DNA from: Candidatus Woesebacteria bacterium RIFCSPHIGHO2_01_FULL_39_32 | GTDB lineage: Bacteria; Patescibacteriota; Microgenomatia; UBA8517 | Assembly (NCBI GenBank): GCA_001792345.1 | Contig: MGGJ01000009.1 | Location: 3,711-67,710 of the forward strand | Length of the DNA stretch: 64,000 bases | Direction of reading: 5' to 3' | In this document: positions 18,898-27,452 of the stretch, piece after piece | Position numbering within the stretch: the stretch's first letter is position 1 | Layout of the letters: every line of letters starts with the position of its first letter | Made by a program: the position numbers and the translations under genes | Notes under the pieces: model-generated | Seen by the model: the letters and a program-made list of their open reading frames with translations, nothing else | Databases searched by the model: none | What the model was told of the DNA's origin: nothing

Positions 18898-19101
18898 TTA
18901 CCCTTCAGAGGATCTTATTACCCTAGAAACTCCATACTTAACATTGATACTTTCGCTACCTTCTGTGGATTTATGACCCACATCCTCTAAATCCTCTGCT
19001 GCAATTGAAGTTTCTTTTCTTTCGTATAATACTAAAGTAACCTCTTCATCTCCAATCGTTGCTTTAACAGTGAATTCACCTGGTTCTAATCTTTCACTCA
19101 T
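18898..19101 (-). CDS. Small acidic hypothetical protein (67 aa)
   Basis: ORF lying 6 nt downstream of the preceding small ORF. Contains AAEDLEDV. Confidence 0.35.
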   Translation of the reverse strand: MSERLEPGEFTVKATIGDEEVTLVLYERKETSIAAEDLEDVGHKSTEGSESINVKYGVSRVIRSSEG

Positions 19102-19107
19102 AATTTT

Positions 19108-19335
19108 TTATATGGCACAGCCACCAGCTCCCCAATCGTCTTTTTCCTTCACCTCTATCCCTTTTAATTCAGCTATTGTTCCCACTGGTAACCCAGATTT
19201 AACCGCTCCTAAGCTATCTATCACCTCCCCACTACTCATTCTACTCAAAGCCTCAAGATCCTCTGCACTAAGCCTATTTAAATCTTCAGAGCTCAAGGAA
19301 ACGAATGGGCCTTCAATTTCTACCATTCTTCTCAC
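19108..19335 (-). CDS. Small acidic hypothetical protein (75 aa). C-terminus is ...DDWGAGGCAI.
   Basis: ORF containing SAEDLEALS. Transcribed divergently from the 19446 gene. Confidence 0.35.
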   Translation of the reverse strand: MRRMVEIEGPFVSLSSEDLNRLSAEDLEALSRMSSGEVIDSLGAVKSGLPVGTIAELKGIEVKEKDDWGAGGCAI

Positions 19336-19445
19336 CCCCTCTCAAAATATTTCGTATTTTATGAGCAAAATAAACATCGTGCTTGACCTCATCTGTCATA
19401 AAATTGATACTTCTGACTGAAAATGTTATTATTCCTGACATTTTT

Positions 19446-20594
19446 ATGGGATACCATTTAAGTAAAATCGACGAGCATATTGCGAGATTTTACGCAAAAC
19501 CCCTTTTTCAATCCGCGCTTCTTGGGGAAAGCCAATTGTGTGTTTGGTTTCCCGCTTCGGGAAAGTCAACTGTTTCAAGAGATATTGCATCTTCCAAAAA
19601 ACTACAAAAGGAAGCTTTGGGGATGCTGTATGGAAGGATAAAATTAATATTTATAAATTGTCTCGAAACTCAGAATGCAACTTCTGAAGAAATTATTAAG
19701 CAAATTTCTAAACGACTTAAAACTCCTGAAGACTCCGAAGACACAATCGGAAAAATATCCCAAAAATGCAAAATTCTTATTGAAAACGGTCAAGAAATAC
19801 TTATCATTATCGATGCTATTGATGAACTCTCGGAAGATGAACGCAAAAGCCTGCTTTTGAATCTCTCAAAAATTGTCCAAATTAATAAACGTAGAATTCA
19901 TACCGTCATAAATACTGTCAATAAATTTGCGATTGAAAAAACCGCGCTAGAAAATCCTTCAGTTTTTGCACTACTAAACAAAATAATCTTTATGCCAGTA
20001 ATTTCAGGAAGTTTATTGTATCAATATTTAGATCATCACGAAAAAGCTTTTGGAGTAAAGTTAAACCCAAATAAAAAGAAAGAAATCGAAGTAAGAACTG
20101 GTGGGATACTTTTCCTCACAAGAGAAATTATTAGGAGTTCCGGAGATGATGGTCAGCTTGAATTAAAACTTCAATCTATATGGAATAGACTTCCCCCTTT
20201 TTATAAAGATGTTCTCAAAAAGTATTATCTAGGTAAAAGATTAGATACTAAAGAAGACAAGGTATACAACGAAATTCAAAAACTCGGTATAGGTAAAATG
20301 GCTATTTTTAAAGAGAAACTTGCACTTTTGGAAAAAGACACCGACTCGCTTTTAAAACAACTACTAACACAAAAAGAAAAGGAAATTTTTACCTATTTCA
20401 AAAAGAACAAGGGAAGGTTGGTTCCCAAAGACAGAATAGCCTCAATTTTGTGGAGAAATAAAGTTGATGAACTTTACTCCGATTGGGCAATAGATAAGAC
20501 CATTTCCCGCCTTCGAGAAAAATTGATAATGGCCGGTTTTGGAAACGATTGTCTTATTACTTTAAAAGGAAAGGGGTATAGATGGCTATTGTAA
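19446..20594 (+). CDS. Deviant P-loop NTPase fused to a C-terminal OmpR/PhoB-type winged-helix DNA-binding domain
   Basis: Walker A-like motif (FPASGKST) and Walker B motif (ILIIIDAIDELSED). The C-terminal ~90 aa match trans_reg_C (LVPKDRIASILWRN...IDKTISRLREKL...LITLKGKGYRW). An alternative TTG start lies at 19383. Confidence 0.6.
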   Translation: MGYHLSKIDEHIARFYAKPLFQSALLGESQLCVWFPASGKSTVSRDIASSKKLQKEALGMLYGRIKLIFINCLETQNATSEEIIKQISKRLKTPEDSEDTIGKISQKCKILIENGQEILIIIDAIDELSEDERKSLLLNLSKIVQINKRRIHTVINTVNKFAIEKTALENPSVFALLNKIIFMPVISGSLLYQYLDHHEKAFGVKLNPNKKKEIEVRTGGILFLTREIIRSSGDDGQLELKLQSIWNRLPPFYKDVLKKYYLGKRLDTKEDKVYNEIQKLGIGKMAIFKEKLALLEKDTDSLLKQLLTQKEKEIFTYFKKNKGRLVPKDRIASILWRNKVDELYSDWAIDKTISRLREKLIMAGFGNDCLITLKGKGYRWLL

Positions 20595-21556
20595 AAGAAT
20601 ATTTATCACCAATTACTCAAATTGATATTGATCCGCAATCAAAAGAAGGATTAATACATGGCGGAAAACTCGACGTTACTTCATTATTGCTCGAGCGATT
20701 TTCTACTTACGGCGAAAGAATAAATGAAGCCTTTGCAGAAATTATTAATCAAGGAGGAACTTTTCATCTCTTCGGAAACACACTTATCTTAAATTTAGGA
20801 CCAGAAATAGAAGTTATTGATTTCAGGGATACTGCCTCGTATTTCGCATCTGATTCGTTATATAAACCTGTATATGCAGGAAGAGACGAAGAAGGTCAAC
20901 CTCTCACTTTAATAGGCTTAATTAATAATGGTGTATATAACAGAAAAACCCTACTAAAAATTGCGGGACAGATTAGGCGAGACTTAGATTTATCTCTCGA
21001 AGGATTGTCTCTTGACGAAATGCAAAAAATACTTAACAGTCACGAGGTAGTTAGTTCTGACGATCGTTCCATATCCACACCCAACCTGAAATTATTGAGA
21101 ATAGTCAAAAACCACCCGTTTGCACCTGCACAAATAACTATCATTAGACATAACGATAAGGAAAGCTATAGAACTCCTCCTGGGATAAATCTTGACATAG
21201 CTCACGCTGATATAAGCTTAGAAAATGGAAGGCTAGTAGCATCACTGGATGACGAAAATCAAGCTTTAATCGGCTATCCTCCAACAATACGGATTATTAA
21301 TTGGCAACAACTCGAACAAAAGAGACTTGATCAAATTATCGCACGAGGTCTAAGACATGCTCACACAATTATTGTTAACGGTAATCCAATCGATTTATCT
21401 TCTGATTTTGAAGAATACGGATCTGTTTTAGCTGCAAAACAAGATTTTCTTCGACGCGCTAGTGATAATGATCCTTCCATTGAAGCTTTTCAACACGAAA
21501 TTGCTGTTGCAGTTCTTGGTGCAATTAAAAGTAATCTCGATAGAATAAATTGGTGA
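20582..21556 (+). CDS. Hypothetical protein (324 aa), translationally coupled to the NTPase-wHTH gene
   Basis: ORF overlapping the upstream stop by 13 nt. No recognisable motifs. Confidence 0.5.
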   Translation: MAIVKEYLSPITQIDIDPQSKEGLIHGGKLDVTSLLLERFSTYGERINEAFAEIINQGGTFHLFGNTLILNLGPEIEVIDFRDTASYFASDSLYKPVYAGRDEEGQPLTLIGLINNGVYNRKTLLKIAGQIRRDLDLSLEGLSLDEMQKILNSHEVVSSDDRSISTPNLKLLRIVKNHPFAPAQITIIRHNDKESYRTPPGINLDIAHADISLENGRLVASLDDENQALIGYPPTIRIINWQQLEQKRLDQIIARGLRHAHTIIVNGNPIDLSSDFEEYGSVLAAKQDFLRRASDNDPSIEAFQHEIAVAVLGAIKSNLDRINW

Positions 21557-21578
21557 ATTAGTATTATAATCATTCAAT

Positions 21579-21872
21579 ATGGCTAAAAGAAGAACAAGAG
21601 CTCAAAAAGAAAGTGCCCGACATTCATTCTCTATCTCATGGTCTCCCAATAATTCCAAAGCTAAAAAAAGTATTTCTGAGCCTGATGTCAAGGGGCAATT
21701 ATTAGATTCCGTTAAACGAACTTCGCAAAAGATTGAAAAAGGTGAAAGTGCCAAATATTCGGAGAAAGATGTTAATTTAGCCTCGATCAAAAAAGATATT
21801 GCACGAAGCCTGATATTAGCAGGCTTCATTCTTACAACGGAGCTAGTGCTATACTTAATATGGAAAGCTTAA
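21579..21872 (+). CDS. Small basic protein with a C-terminal transmembrane anchor (tail-anchored)
   Basis: Lysine-rich N-terminus. C-terminal hydrophobic segment (LILAGFILTTELVLYLIW). Confidence 0.4.
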   Translation: MAKRRTRAQKESARHSFSISWSPNNSKAKKSISEPDVKGQLLDSVKRTSQKIEKGESAKYSEKDVNLASIKKDIARSLILAGFILTTELVLYLIWKA

Positions 21873-21886
21873 GACTTGTTTCAGAT

Positions 21887-21953
21887 CCCCAAGTCTTTGC
21901 ACTTGGGGTGAATGAACCAAGACTAGAAGCCTTCCGCCGTAGGCGGTATCTTT
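21887..21953 (+). terminator. Two consecutive hairpins after the 21579 gene, the second followed by a U-rich tail
   Basis: First hairpin: CCCCAAGU-cuuugc-ACUUGGGG (21887-21908). Second: CCGCC-gua-GGCGG followed by UAUCUUU (21934-21953). Confidence 0.4.
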
Positions 21954-22032
21954 AAAAGATGTTTTAAGCTCAATTGCTTGAAAAAGGCTTCATTACTTTC
22001 CTGCCCTAATGAGAGGAGGTGACGGATAGAAA

Positions 22033-22170
22033 ATGTATTGTGTAAAATGTAGAGCCAAAAGAGAAGGAAAGAATCAGGAAACTGTTACCATGAAGAATGG
22101 AAAGAAAGCCATGCGAGCCGTTTGTGAAGTTTGTGGTACCAAGATGTTCAAGATCATGGGTAACGCCTAA
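22033..22170 (+). CDS. Small Zn-ribbon protein (45 aa, CxxC...CxxC), DUF5679-like. Not in the ORF track.
   Basis: Translation: MYCVKCRAKREGKNQETVTMKNGKKAMRAVCEVCGTKMFKIMGNA. GGAGGTG RBS 7 nt upstream. Intrinsic terminator directly downstream. Confidence 0.55.
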   Translation: MYCVKCRAKREGKNQETVTMKNGKKAMRAVCEVCGTKMFKIMGNA

Positions 22171-22194
22171 GATTTTACCTTCTTGAAAATTCTT

Positions 22195-22238
22195 CCAAGA
22201 GTAACCCTGAGCGAAGTCGAAGGGTTTCTCTTGGTTTT
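22195..22238 (+). terminator. Rho-independent terminator downstream of the Zn-ribbon gene
   Basis: Nested stem (CCAAGAG...ACCCU-gagcgaagucga-AGGGU...CUCUUGG) followed by UUUU. Confidence 0.55.
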
Positions 22239-22256
22239 AAAAAACTTCCTCATAAG

Positions 22257-22862
22257 ATGAATTATAAATTCGACAAGGTTTTTGAATCCTTTAGTAAAAA
22301 TTACAAACTAGTTCCGCTTGAAGTTTTTAAAAAAGATCCGTACAAAACCTTAATCTCTACTGTACTTTCATCACGCACTAAAGATGAAACAACATCAGAA
22401 GCATCAAAAAGATTATTTAAAGTTGCACCGAATGTTATCCGCTTAAATCAGTTATCAATCCGCGAAATCCAACACCGGATTTATCCGGTGGGATTTTACA
22501 AAACAAAAGCAAGACATTTAAAAATGCTGTCCGAAAGGATTTTAAAGGAATTTAGAGGAGAAATTCCACTTACAGGATCGGATCTTATAAGTCTACCTGG
22601 AGTTGGGATAAAAACGGCAAATCTTGTTCTCAATCGAGCTTTCGATATTCCTGCAATTGCAGTTGATACTCATGTTCACAAAATAAGTAATCTCTTGGGA
22701 TGGGTTAAAACAAAGACACCAGAACAAACTGAAAGAGACCTTGTAAAAATTGTTCCTAAAAAATATTGGAGTGATATGAACCGTCTTTTCGTCTCTATCG
22801 GCCGCCAGTTTACGACAAAGAAAAAGCTTGAAGATTTTTTAAAAGGAGAAGATCTAATATAA
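22257..22862 (+). CDS. HhH-GPD superfamily DNA glycosylase (endonuclease III-like, lacking the C-terminal 4Fe-4S cysteine cluster)
   Basis: Helix-hairpin-helix followed by a Gly/Pro-rich loop and a catalytic Asp (LPGVGIKTANLVL...AVDTHV). No Cx6Cx2Cx5C motif. Confidence 0.65.
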   Translation: MNYKFDKVFESFSKNYKLVPLEVFKKDPYKTLISTVLSSRTKDETTSEASKRLFKVAPNVIRLNQLSIREIQHRIYPVGFYKTKARHLKMLSERILKEFRGEIPLTGSDLISLPGVGIKTANLVLNRAFDIPAIAVDTHVHKISNLLGWVKTKTPEQTERDLVKIVPKKYWSDMNRLFVSIGRQFTTKKKLEDFLKGEDLI

Positions 22863-22884
22863 GAAAAAACAGAAATATGATTCT

Positions 22885-22914
22885 TTGTTCTACTGTTATA
22901 TAACAGTAGAACAA
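22885..22914. promoter_or_regulatory. Perfect 30-bp palindrome TTGTTCTACTGTTAT/ATAACAGTAGAACAA. Second copy of the putative operator.
   Basis: Read directly from the sequence. Lies 32 bp upstream of the 22946 ORF. Its half-site is nearly identical to the 12179 copy. Confidence 0.4.
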
Positions 22915-22945
22915 AGTCAATAGTAGTAGGTAGTATAATTATCTC

Positions 22946-23530
22946 ATGAACCAGGTAAAAATATTGGTCAAGGGATATGCAAAACCAAGAGGGGAAGGTT
23001 GGATTGCAACTTCTAATACAATTTTAGTTCAAACGGGTAAGTTAAACATTGTTGTTGATCCTGGAGTTAATAAAAAGCTTCTTTTAAAAAATTTAAAAAA
23101 AGTAAATCTTAAAACTTCAGATGTAGATTATGTATTTATGACTCATTACCACCCTGATCATGTATTTTTGGCGAGTTTATTTGAAAAGGCAAAAGTATTA
23201 GATGGAGACACTATTTATGAAGATGATAAAGAAACTCCTTTTGAAAATTTTTTACCATCAACAAATATTGAAGTCTTTCCAACTCCTGGACACGCCCATG
23301 AACATGCTTCCCTCCTCGTACAAACAAAAGACAAAGGCAAAATTGTCGTCGCAGGAGATGTTTTTTGGTGGATGGATAATGAGAAACAAAGGATAGACGA
23401 AAAGTCACTATTAGCCAAAAAGGATCCATTTACTAAAGATTGGGAAGCTTTGCAAGAAAGTAGAAAGAAAATCCTTAAAATTGCCGACTGGATAATCCCG
23501 GGGCACGGTAAAACATTCCGAGTAAGATGA
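22946..23530 (+). CDS. MBL-fold metallo-hydrolase
   Basis: HxHxDH motif (HYHPDH) plus downstream His residues (PGHAHEH, GHG). Confidence 0.7.
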   Translation: MNQVKILVKGYAKPRGEGWIATSNTILVQTGKLNIVVDPGVNKKLLLKNLKKVNLKTSDVDYVFMTHYHPDHVFLASLFEKAKVLDGDTIYEDDKETPFENFLPSTNIEVFPTPGHAHEHASLLVQTKDKGKIVVAGDVFWWMDNEKQRIDEKSLLAKKDPFTKDWEALQESRKKILKIADWIIPGHGKTFRVR

Positions 23531-23712
23531 CAGAATTAGAAGATGGCTTTGCAAGACAGCTGGAGGTGGATCAACAACGAGCCTTAGAACTTATTAAACC
23601 GGAATCAACTGCAGCTACGATAATTACAGGTCTTTATCCCCTGCTTAGGGGAAGACTTTATCCAGAAGGAAAAAGTGGAGAGATTTCCTTGGCGGTTAGA
23701 AGATTGCATTGA
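23527..23712 (+). CDS. Short ORF (61 aa) overlapping the next ORF in another frame. Possibly the 5' part of a frameshifted gene.
   Basis: ATGA overlap with the MBL gene stop. The reading frame shifts relative to the 23675 ORF. Confidence 0.25.
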   Translation: MTELEDGFARQLEVDQQRALELIKPESTAATIITGLYPLLRGRLYPEGKSGEISLAVRRLH

Positions 23713-24229
23713 AGGAGAAATCCCTTTTAACCTTTTAGCAGTTTTGGTTCAGCAAACCACCAAAACAGAACTTCCGTATGTAGTTAGGGCTATCGAGGCG
23801 ATTCGTAAACCTGGGATAAATATTGTCTCAACGGCCATCCTGGTGGATTGGCCTGAAAAATCATCAAGAACGATTATAGAGCCTGCCGAAAATTATGAGG
23901 CAAAAGATAAAGTTATGGAAACGGGGGTGTTTGATAGAATCAAAAATGTAAATTTCGAATTCGAGGATTTAGATAATTTAGATCCAAAATTACTTGGTTG
24001 GTTAGTAAATTTTTATAGTCGCCAGAGGACAATGGCCGATGTCAAGCGAGTGATAGGCTTCGAAGCCAAATTTGATTTAGCAATGAGACAAAAAATCGGA
24101 AGAATTATATCCTTCGCCTCAAAAAACGGTTTCTCACTTAGGTTAACTACAGAGCTTAATCCTAATCTTTTAAGATGCTATGGCCAGGATATTTATTTAG
24201 CAAATTTAGATGTAAAACCCAAAGCATAA
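23675..24229 (+). CDS. Hypothetical protein (184 aa, GTG start as listed). It may join with the 23527 ORF through a frameshift.
   Basis: ORF in the track. The upstream frame-2 sequence is open from 23624. Confidence 0.4.
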   Translation: MERFPWRLEDCIEGEIPFNLLAVLVQQTTKTELPYVVRAIEAIRKPGINIVSTAILVDWPEKSSRTIIEPAENYEAKDKVMETGVFDRIKNVNFEFEDLDNLDPKLLGWLVNFYSRQRTMADVKRVIGFEAKFDLAMRQKIGRIISFASKNGFSLRLTTELNPNLLRCYGQDIYLANLDVKPKA

Positions 24230-24259
24230 AATCCGCGAAGAAGTTTTAAAAAAACAGGT

Positions 24260-24946
24260 TTAGAAATCCTCTTCAATGATTTGTCCTTCCTCAATTTCCG
24301 AATTACCCAATCCTCGATACAGCTTAGCAATAATCCACCCGCTTGCAAATCCCCCGACATGTGCCCAAAAGGCAACGCCGCCCGTTTGGGCAATTGCTAT
24401 TGATCCTACTCCTGAAAATAGCTGAGTTATAAACCAGTACAAAAGCATGATGGACGCAGGAATATTTACGGTTGTTATAAAAAATCCTAACGGCACAAGA
24501 GTTTCAATCCTATGGTGTGGGAAAAATACTAAATATGCTCCCAAAACTCCAGCTACTGCGGCCGAAGCGCCAAGCATGGGTATAGTTGAATCAACTGCAA
24601 AAAGATATTGAATAAAAATTCCAACCGTTCCCGTAAGAAGATAGATAAAAAGGTATTGTATGTGCCCAAATCTTTCCTCAACATTGTCCCCAAAAATTTT
24701 TAAAAACCACATGTTGGAAATTATGTGTAAAAATCCTCCATGCAAAAATTGGCTGGTTATAAAAGGAATAAGCGTAAGATAATTTGAAAAATTAATCTTA
24801 GCGGGAATTAAAGCGTAGCTTTCTATAAATGCATCGGGCTTCACGGAAGTTATCTCAAGAAAGAAAACTACAACGTTAATAATAATAATTACATAAGTTA
24901 TTAGTGGAATAATCTTAGCTTTTTGTGTATCACGAAGAGGAAACAT
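24260..24946 (-). CDS. Rhomboid-family intramembrane serine protease
   Basis: Multi-transmembrane protein. Rhomboid motifs: HGGFLHIISNMWFL, the catalytic Ser region (GASAAVAGVLGAY) and the His region (AHVGGFASG). Confidence 0.75.
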   Translation of the reverse strand: MFPLRDTQKAKIIPLITYVIIIINVVVFFLEITSVKPDAFIESYALIPAKINFSNYLTLIPFITSQFLHGGFLHIISNMWFLKIFGDNVEERFGHIQYLFIYLLTGTVGIFIQYLFAVDSTIPMLGASAAVAGVLGAYLVFFPHHRIETLVPLGFFITTVNIPASIMLLYWFITQLFSGVGSIAIAQTGGVAFWAHVGGFASGWIIAKLYRGLGNSEIEEGQIIEEDF

Positions 24947-24949
24947 GAT

Positions 24950-25591
24950 TTAATATGCCGTAATTGCTACTGCGAATGTGTTTTGAGCGTAGATGCAGCC
25001 CCATACAAATTCTCCACCTTCCAAAAGTTTTTTATGTCCCAAAGTGTTCTCCCAGAGTGCTACGGTTTCTTCGGGCGTATCTCCGCCTACTGCCAAAAAT
25101 TCTGCAAGCGTAGAGTATTTTTCAAAAATCCATTTCAAATCGGAACGTCTCTCCAGCATATTACTAAAACCTTCATGACCATCAAGTTTTCCTAATTCTA
25201 ACAGTTCATTTAATCGAATCGAGGCAATTGTACATAGTTCATCTCTTTGTTGGAGTGGGTTAACCCCAAGTTCACCTCTTTTCTTATTAACAGCCTCCCA
25301 CAATTCAGGTCCACCCCAATCTATCTTTTGAACCGAAGTAGGTCGTGGAAGAGAAGTCGGTTTAGCTTGGGGAGTCGGCGAAATCGTGGGGCTTACAGAA
25401 ACTTGAACTTTCTCTTGATTTAGATATGCAATTAATTGCTCCTCGCCTCTTTTTTTCCCAGCGACATATCCTTGCATCATACCTAAAATATATACAGCAA
25501 CAAAAAGAGTGATAATTATCGAAACGCTGATTACTGAAAGAATACTATTTAATATATCTTTGATCGAAAAATTTAGCTTAAATAAGTTCAT
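24950..25591 (-). CDS. Membrane-anchored CAP/SCP (YkwD-like) domain protein
   Basis: N-terminal transmembrane segment. The C-terminal WENTLGHKKLLEGGEFVWGCIYAQNTFAVAITAY matches the CAP-domain C-terminal pattern (W.NS.GHR.NIL...G..Y.TQ.F). Confidence 0.5.
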   Translation of the reverse strand: MNLFKLNFSIKDILNSILSVISVSIIITLFVAVYILGMMQGYVAGKKRGEEQLIAYLNQEKVQVSVSPTISPTPQAKPTSLPRPTSVQKIDWGGPELWEAVNKKRGELGVNPLQQRDELCTIASIRLNELLELGKLDGHEGFSNMLERRSDLKWIFEKYSTLAEFLAVGGDTPEETVALWENTLGHKKLLEGGEFVWGCIYAQNTFAVAITAY

Positions 25592-26025
25592 AGAATTATT
25601 GTTACAGGCCCATCAAGTTCTATTGAAATCTTCATGTAATCTCCGAAGCTTCCCGTCTCTACTTTAACTTGAAGACTTTTGAGTTTTTCCACAAAACGAT
25701 TATAAAGTTTTTCGGCAGCTTCAGGAAAAGCTGCTTTAATAAATGATGGCCTGTTACCTCCGGAGGTATCTGCATATAGTGTGAACTGCGATACCACCAA
25801 AACTTGTGCATTTAAATCCTTCACCGACAAGTTCATTTTGTCATTGGAATCCGACATAATGCGTAATTTTGAAAGCTTATCGGCTAATACTTCCGCATCC
25901 TTTTCCGAATCATTTTCACCTATACCTACTAGAACGAATAAACCTTTTCCTATTTTGCCAACTATCTTTCCTGTTTCAACAATCACAACTTCGGCGCTTT
26001 CAACTCGTTGAACCACAAGTCTCAT
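25588..26025 (-). CDS. dtd: D-aminoacyl-tRNA deacylase
   Basis: MRLVVQRV N-terminus, SQFTL motif and C-terminal DGPVT. The track start at 26040 is probably over-extended. Confidence 0.8.
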   Translation of the reverse strand: MRLVVQRVESAEVVIVETGKIVGKIGKGLFVLVGIGENDSEKDAEVLADKLSKLRIMSDSNDKMNLSVKDLNAQVLVVSQFTLYADTSGGNRPSFIKAAFPEAAEKLYNRFVEKLKSLQVKVETGSFGDYMKISIELDGPVTIIL

Positions 26026-26063
26026 ATGCATATTGTACAAAATATTACCTAGATTGCGTAGTT

Positions 26064-26288
26064 TTAGGGGTTTTTAGGAGAATTTTTATTATTATCGAGT
26101 ATTTCCCAAAAATACTTAATCAAAAAGACAATCCAACCAATAACTATAATTAAAAATATTGCATTAAAAATAATCCCCTCAGGTCGAATATATGCATACA
26201 AAATCCCAATCACAAAAATAAATAAAAGTCCTCCCACAAAAACGAAGTACTCGGCAATAAATCTTAACAGTTTCTTTAAAATATTCAT
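26064..26288 (-). CDS. Small membrane protein
   Basis: Two hydrophobic helices in 74 aa. Confidence 0.35.
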   Translation of the reverse strand: MNILKKLLRFIAEYFVFVGGLLFIFVIGILYAYIRPEGIIFNAIFLIIVIGWIVFLIKYFWEILDNNKNSPKNP

Positions 26289-26374
26289 GACTCTTTTAAT
26301 TTTACCATTCAGATAGCAAGTATTCGAGACAATAATCTATTAATACACCAGTTGTTTTTTGTTAGAATACGCTT

Positions 26375-27064
26375 ATGTACACGTATTCTAAAGAGAATGC
26401 TGAGACTTATAGCCAACTAGGTATTAAAGGAACAACTTACGAGCCTGGTTTTAACGAAGCTAGCAAAATTCTGGGAGATTTAACAGGTAAGGTTGCTCTG
26501 GATTTTGGTTCTGGTGCCGGTAGAACTGCACAGTTGTTGTTATCCATGGGTGCTAAGAAAGTTGTGGGAATAGATCATAGTCAAATCATGATCGAACAAG
26601 TCAAGAGATTAGAGAGTAATAAACTGAAGTTCGTAAAGATTGATGAGAAAATTCCTTTTTATAATAACACTTTTGACGTATCTCTATGTGCTCATGTATT
26701 TGTGGAAGTAAGCAGTTTGGAAGAAATGACACAAATATCAAATGAGGTATTTAGAGTGTTAAAACCAGGAGGACTTTGGGTAATTATTACTAATAATTCT
26801 AAAGCCATTGGTAGAGAATATATTAGCTATGGTTATAAAAAGAAAAATAATTTAAAAAGTGGTGATGAAATTACCTGCACTATTAAAAAAGGAGATGATG
26901 GTTTTGATATAGGTGATTACTACTGGTCAGAAGAGGATTATAAAAGAGTTTTAGAAAAGGTAGGATTTAAGGTAGAATCAATGACTTTTCCAAAAATGAC
27001 TGGTGACGGCTGGTTGGATGAAACTGAAGTTGCTCCACATGTTGTAATAAAGTGTTTCAAATAA
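26375..27064 (+). CDS. Class I SAM-dependent methyltransferase
   Basis: Motif I (LDFGSGAGRTA) and post-I acidic residue (IDHS). Confidence 0.7.
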   Translation: MYTYSKENAETYSQLGIKGTTYEPGFNEASKILGDLTGKVALDFGSGAGRTAQLLLSMGAKKVVGIDHSQIMIEQVKRLESNKLKFVKIDEKIPFYNNTFDVSLCAHVFVEVSSLEEMTQISNEVFRVLKPGGLWVIITNNSKAIGREYISYGYKKKNNLKSGDEITCTIKKGDDGFDIGDYYWSEEDYKRVLEKVGFKVESMTFPKMTGDGWLDETEVAPHVVIKCFK

Positions 27065-27162
27065 CAGTTACATTTTAAAATTGCTTAAATAATAACTAAG
27101 AATCAACTAATTAATATCACAAAATACCATCACCGAAAATAGTTTTTTTAATTTACTCCATT

Positions 27163-27390
27163 CTATCTTCTGTCTCTTTTCCAAACATGCGTAATAATGT
27201 AATCCCCCGATCTGGTGTTAACCTTGTAAAATAATCCTACTTCGTAACTAGTGTATCTTTTTACTAATACTTCAGCACCCGAAGGTAGTATTACGACTTT
27301 TCCATTATGTAATACCTCGGATACCTTTGCTTCACTCAACCCAATTCGCTTCATTTTATCAATTGTCTTTTCCGGAAAATACACTCCCAT
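27163..27390 (-). CDS. Small hypothetical protein, DUF4258-like
   Basis: 75 aa. Pattern EKTIDKMKRIGLSEAKVSEVLHNG...ITHVWKR. Confidence 0.3.
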   Translation of the reverse strand: MGVYFPEKTIDKMKRIGLSEAKVSEVLHNGKVVILPSGAEVLVKRYTSYEVGLFYKVNTRSGDYIITHVWKRDRR

Positions 27391-27452
27391 ATTTTGAATC
27401 TTACGCCCAGCTGTTAATCTAGGAATACAAGTTACGGAATCTTACTTTTTAC

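Noticed and set aside
19108-19335. RiPP precursor interpretation of the small acidic ORFs (GG-like motif before the C-terminal CAI)
   Set aside because: There are no modification enzymes nearby (no radical SAM, YcaO, LanB/C/M or peptidase-transporter genes). The putative core would be only 3 aa.
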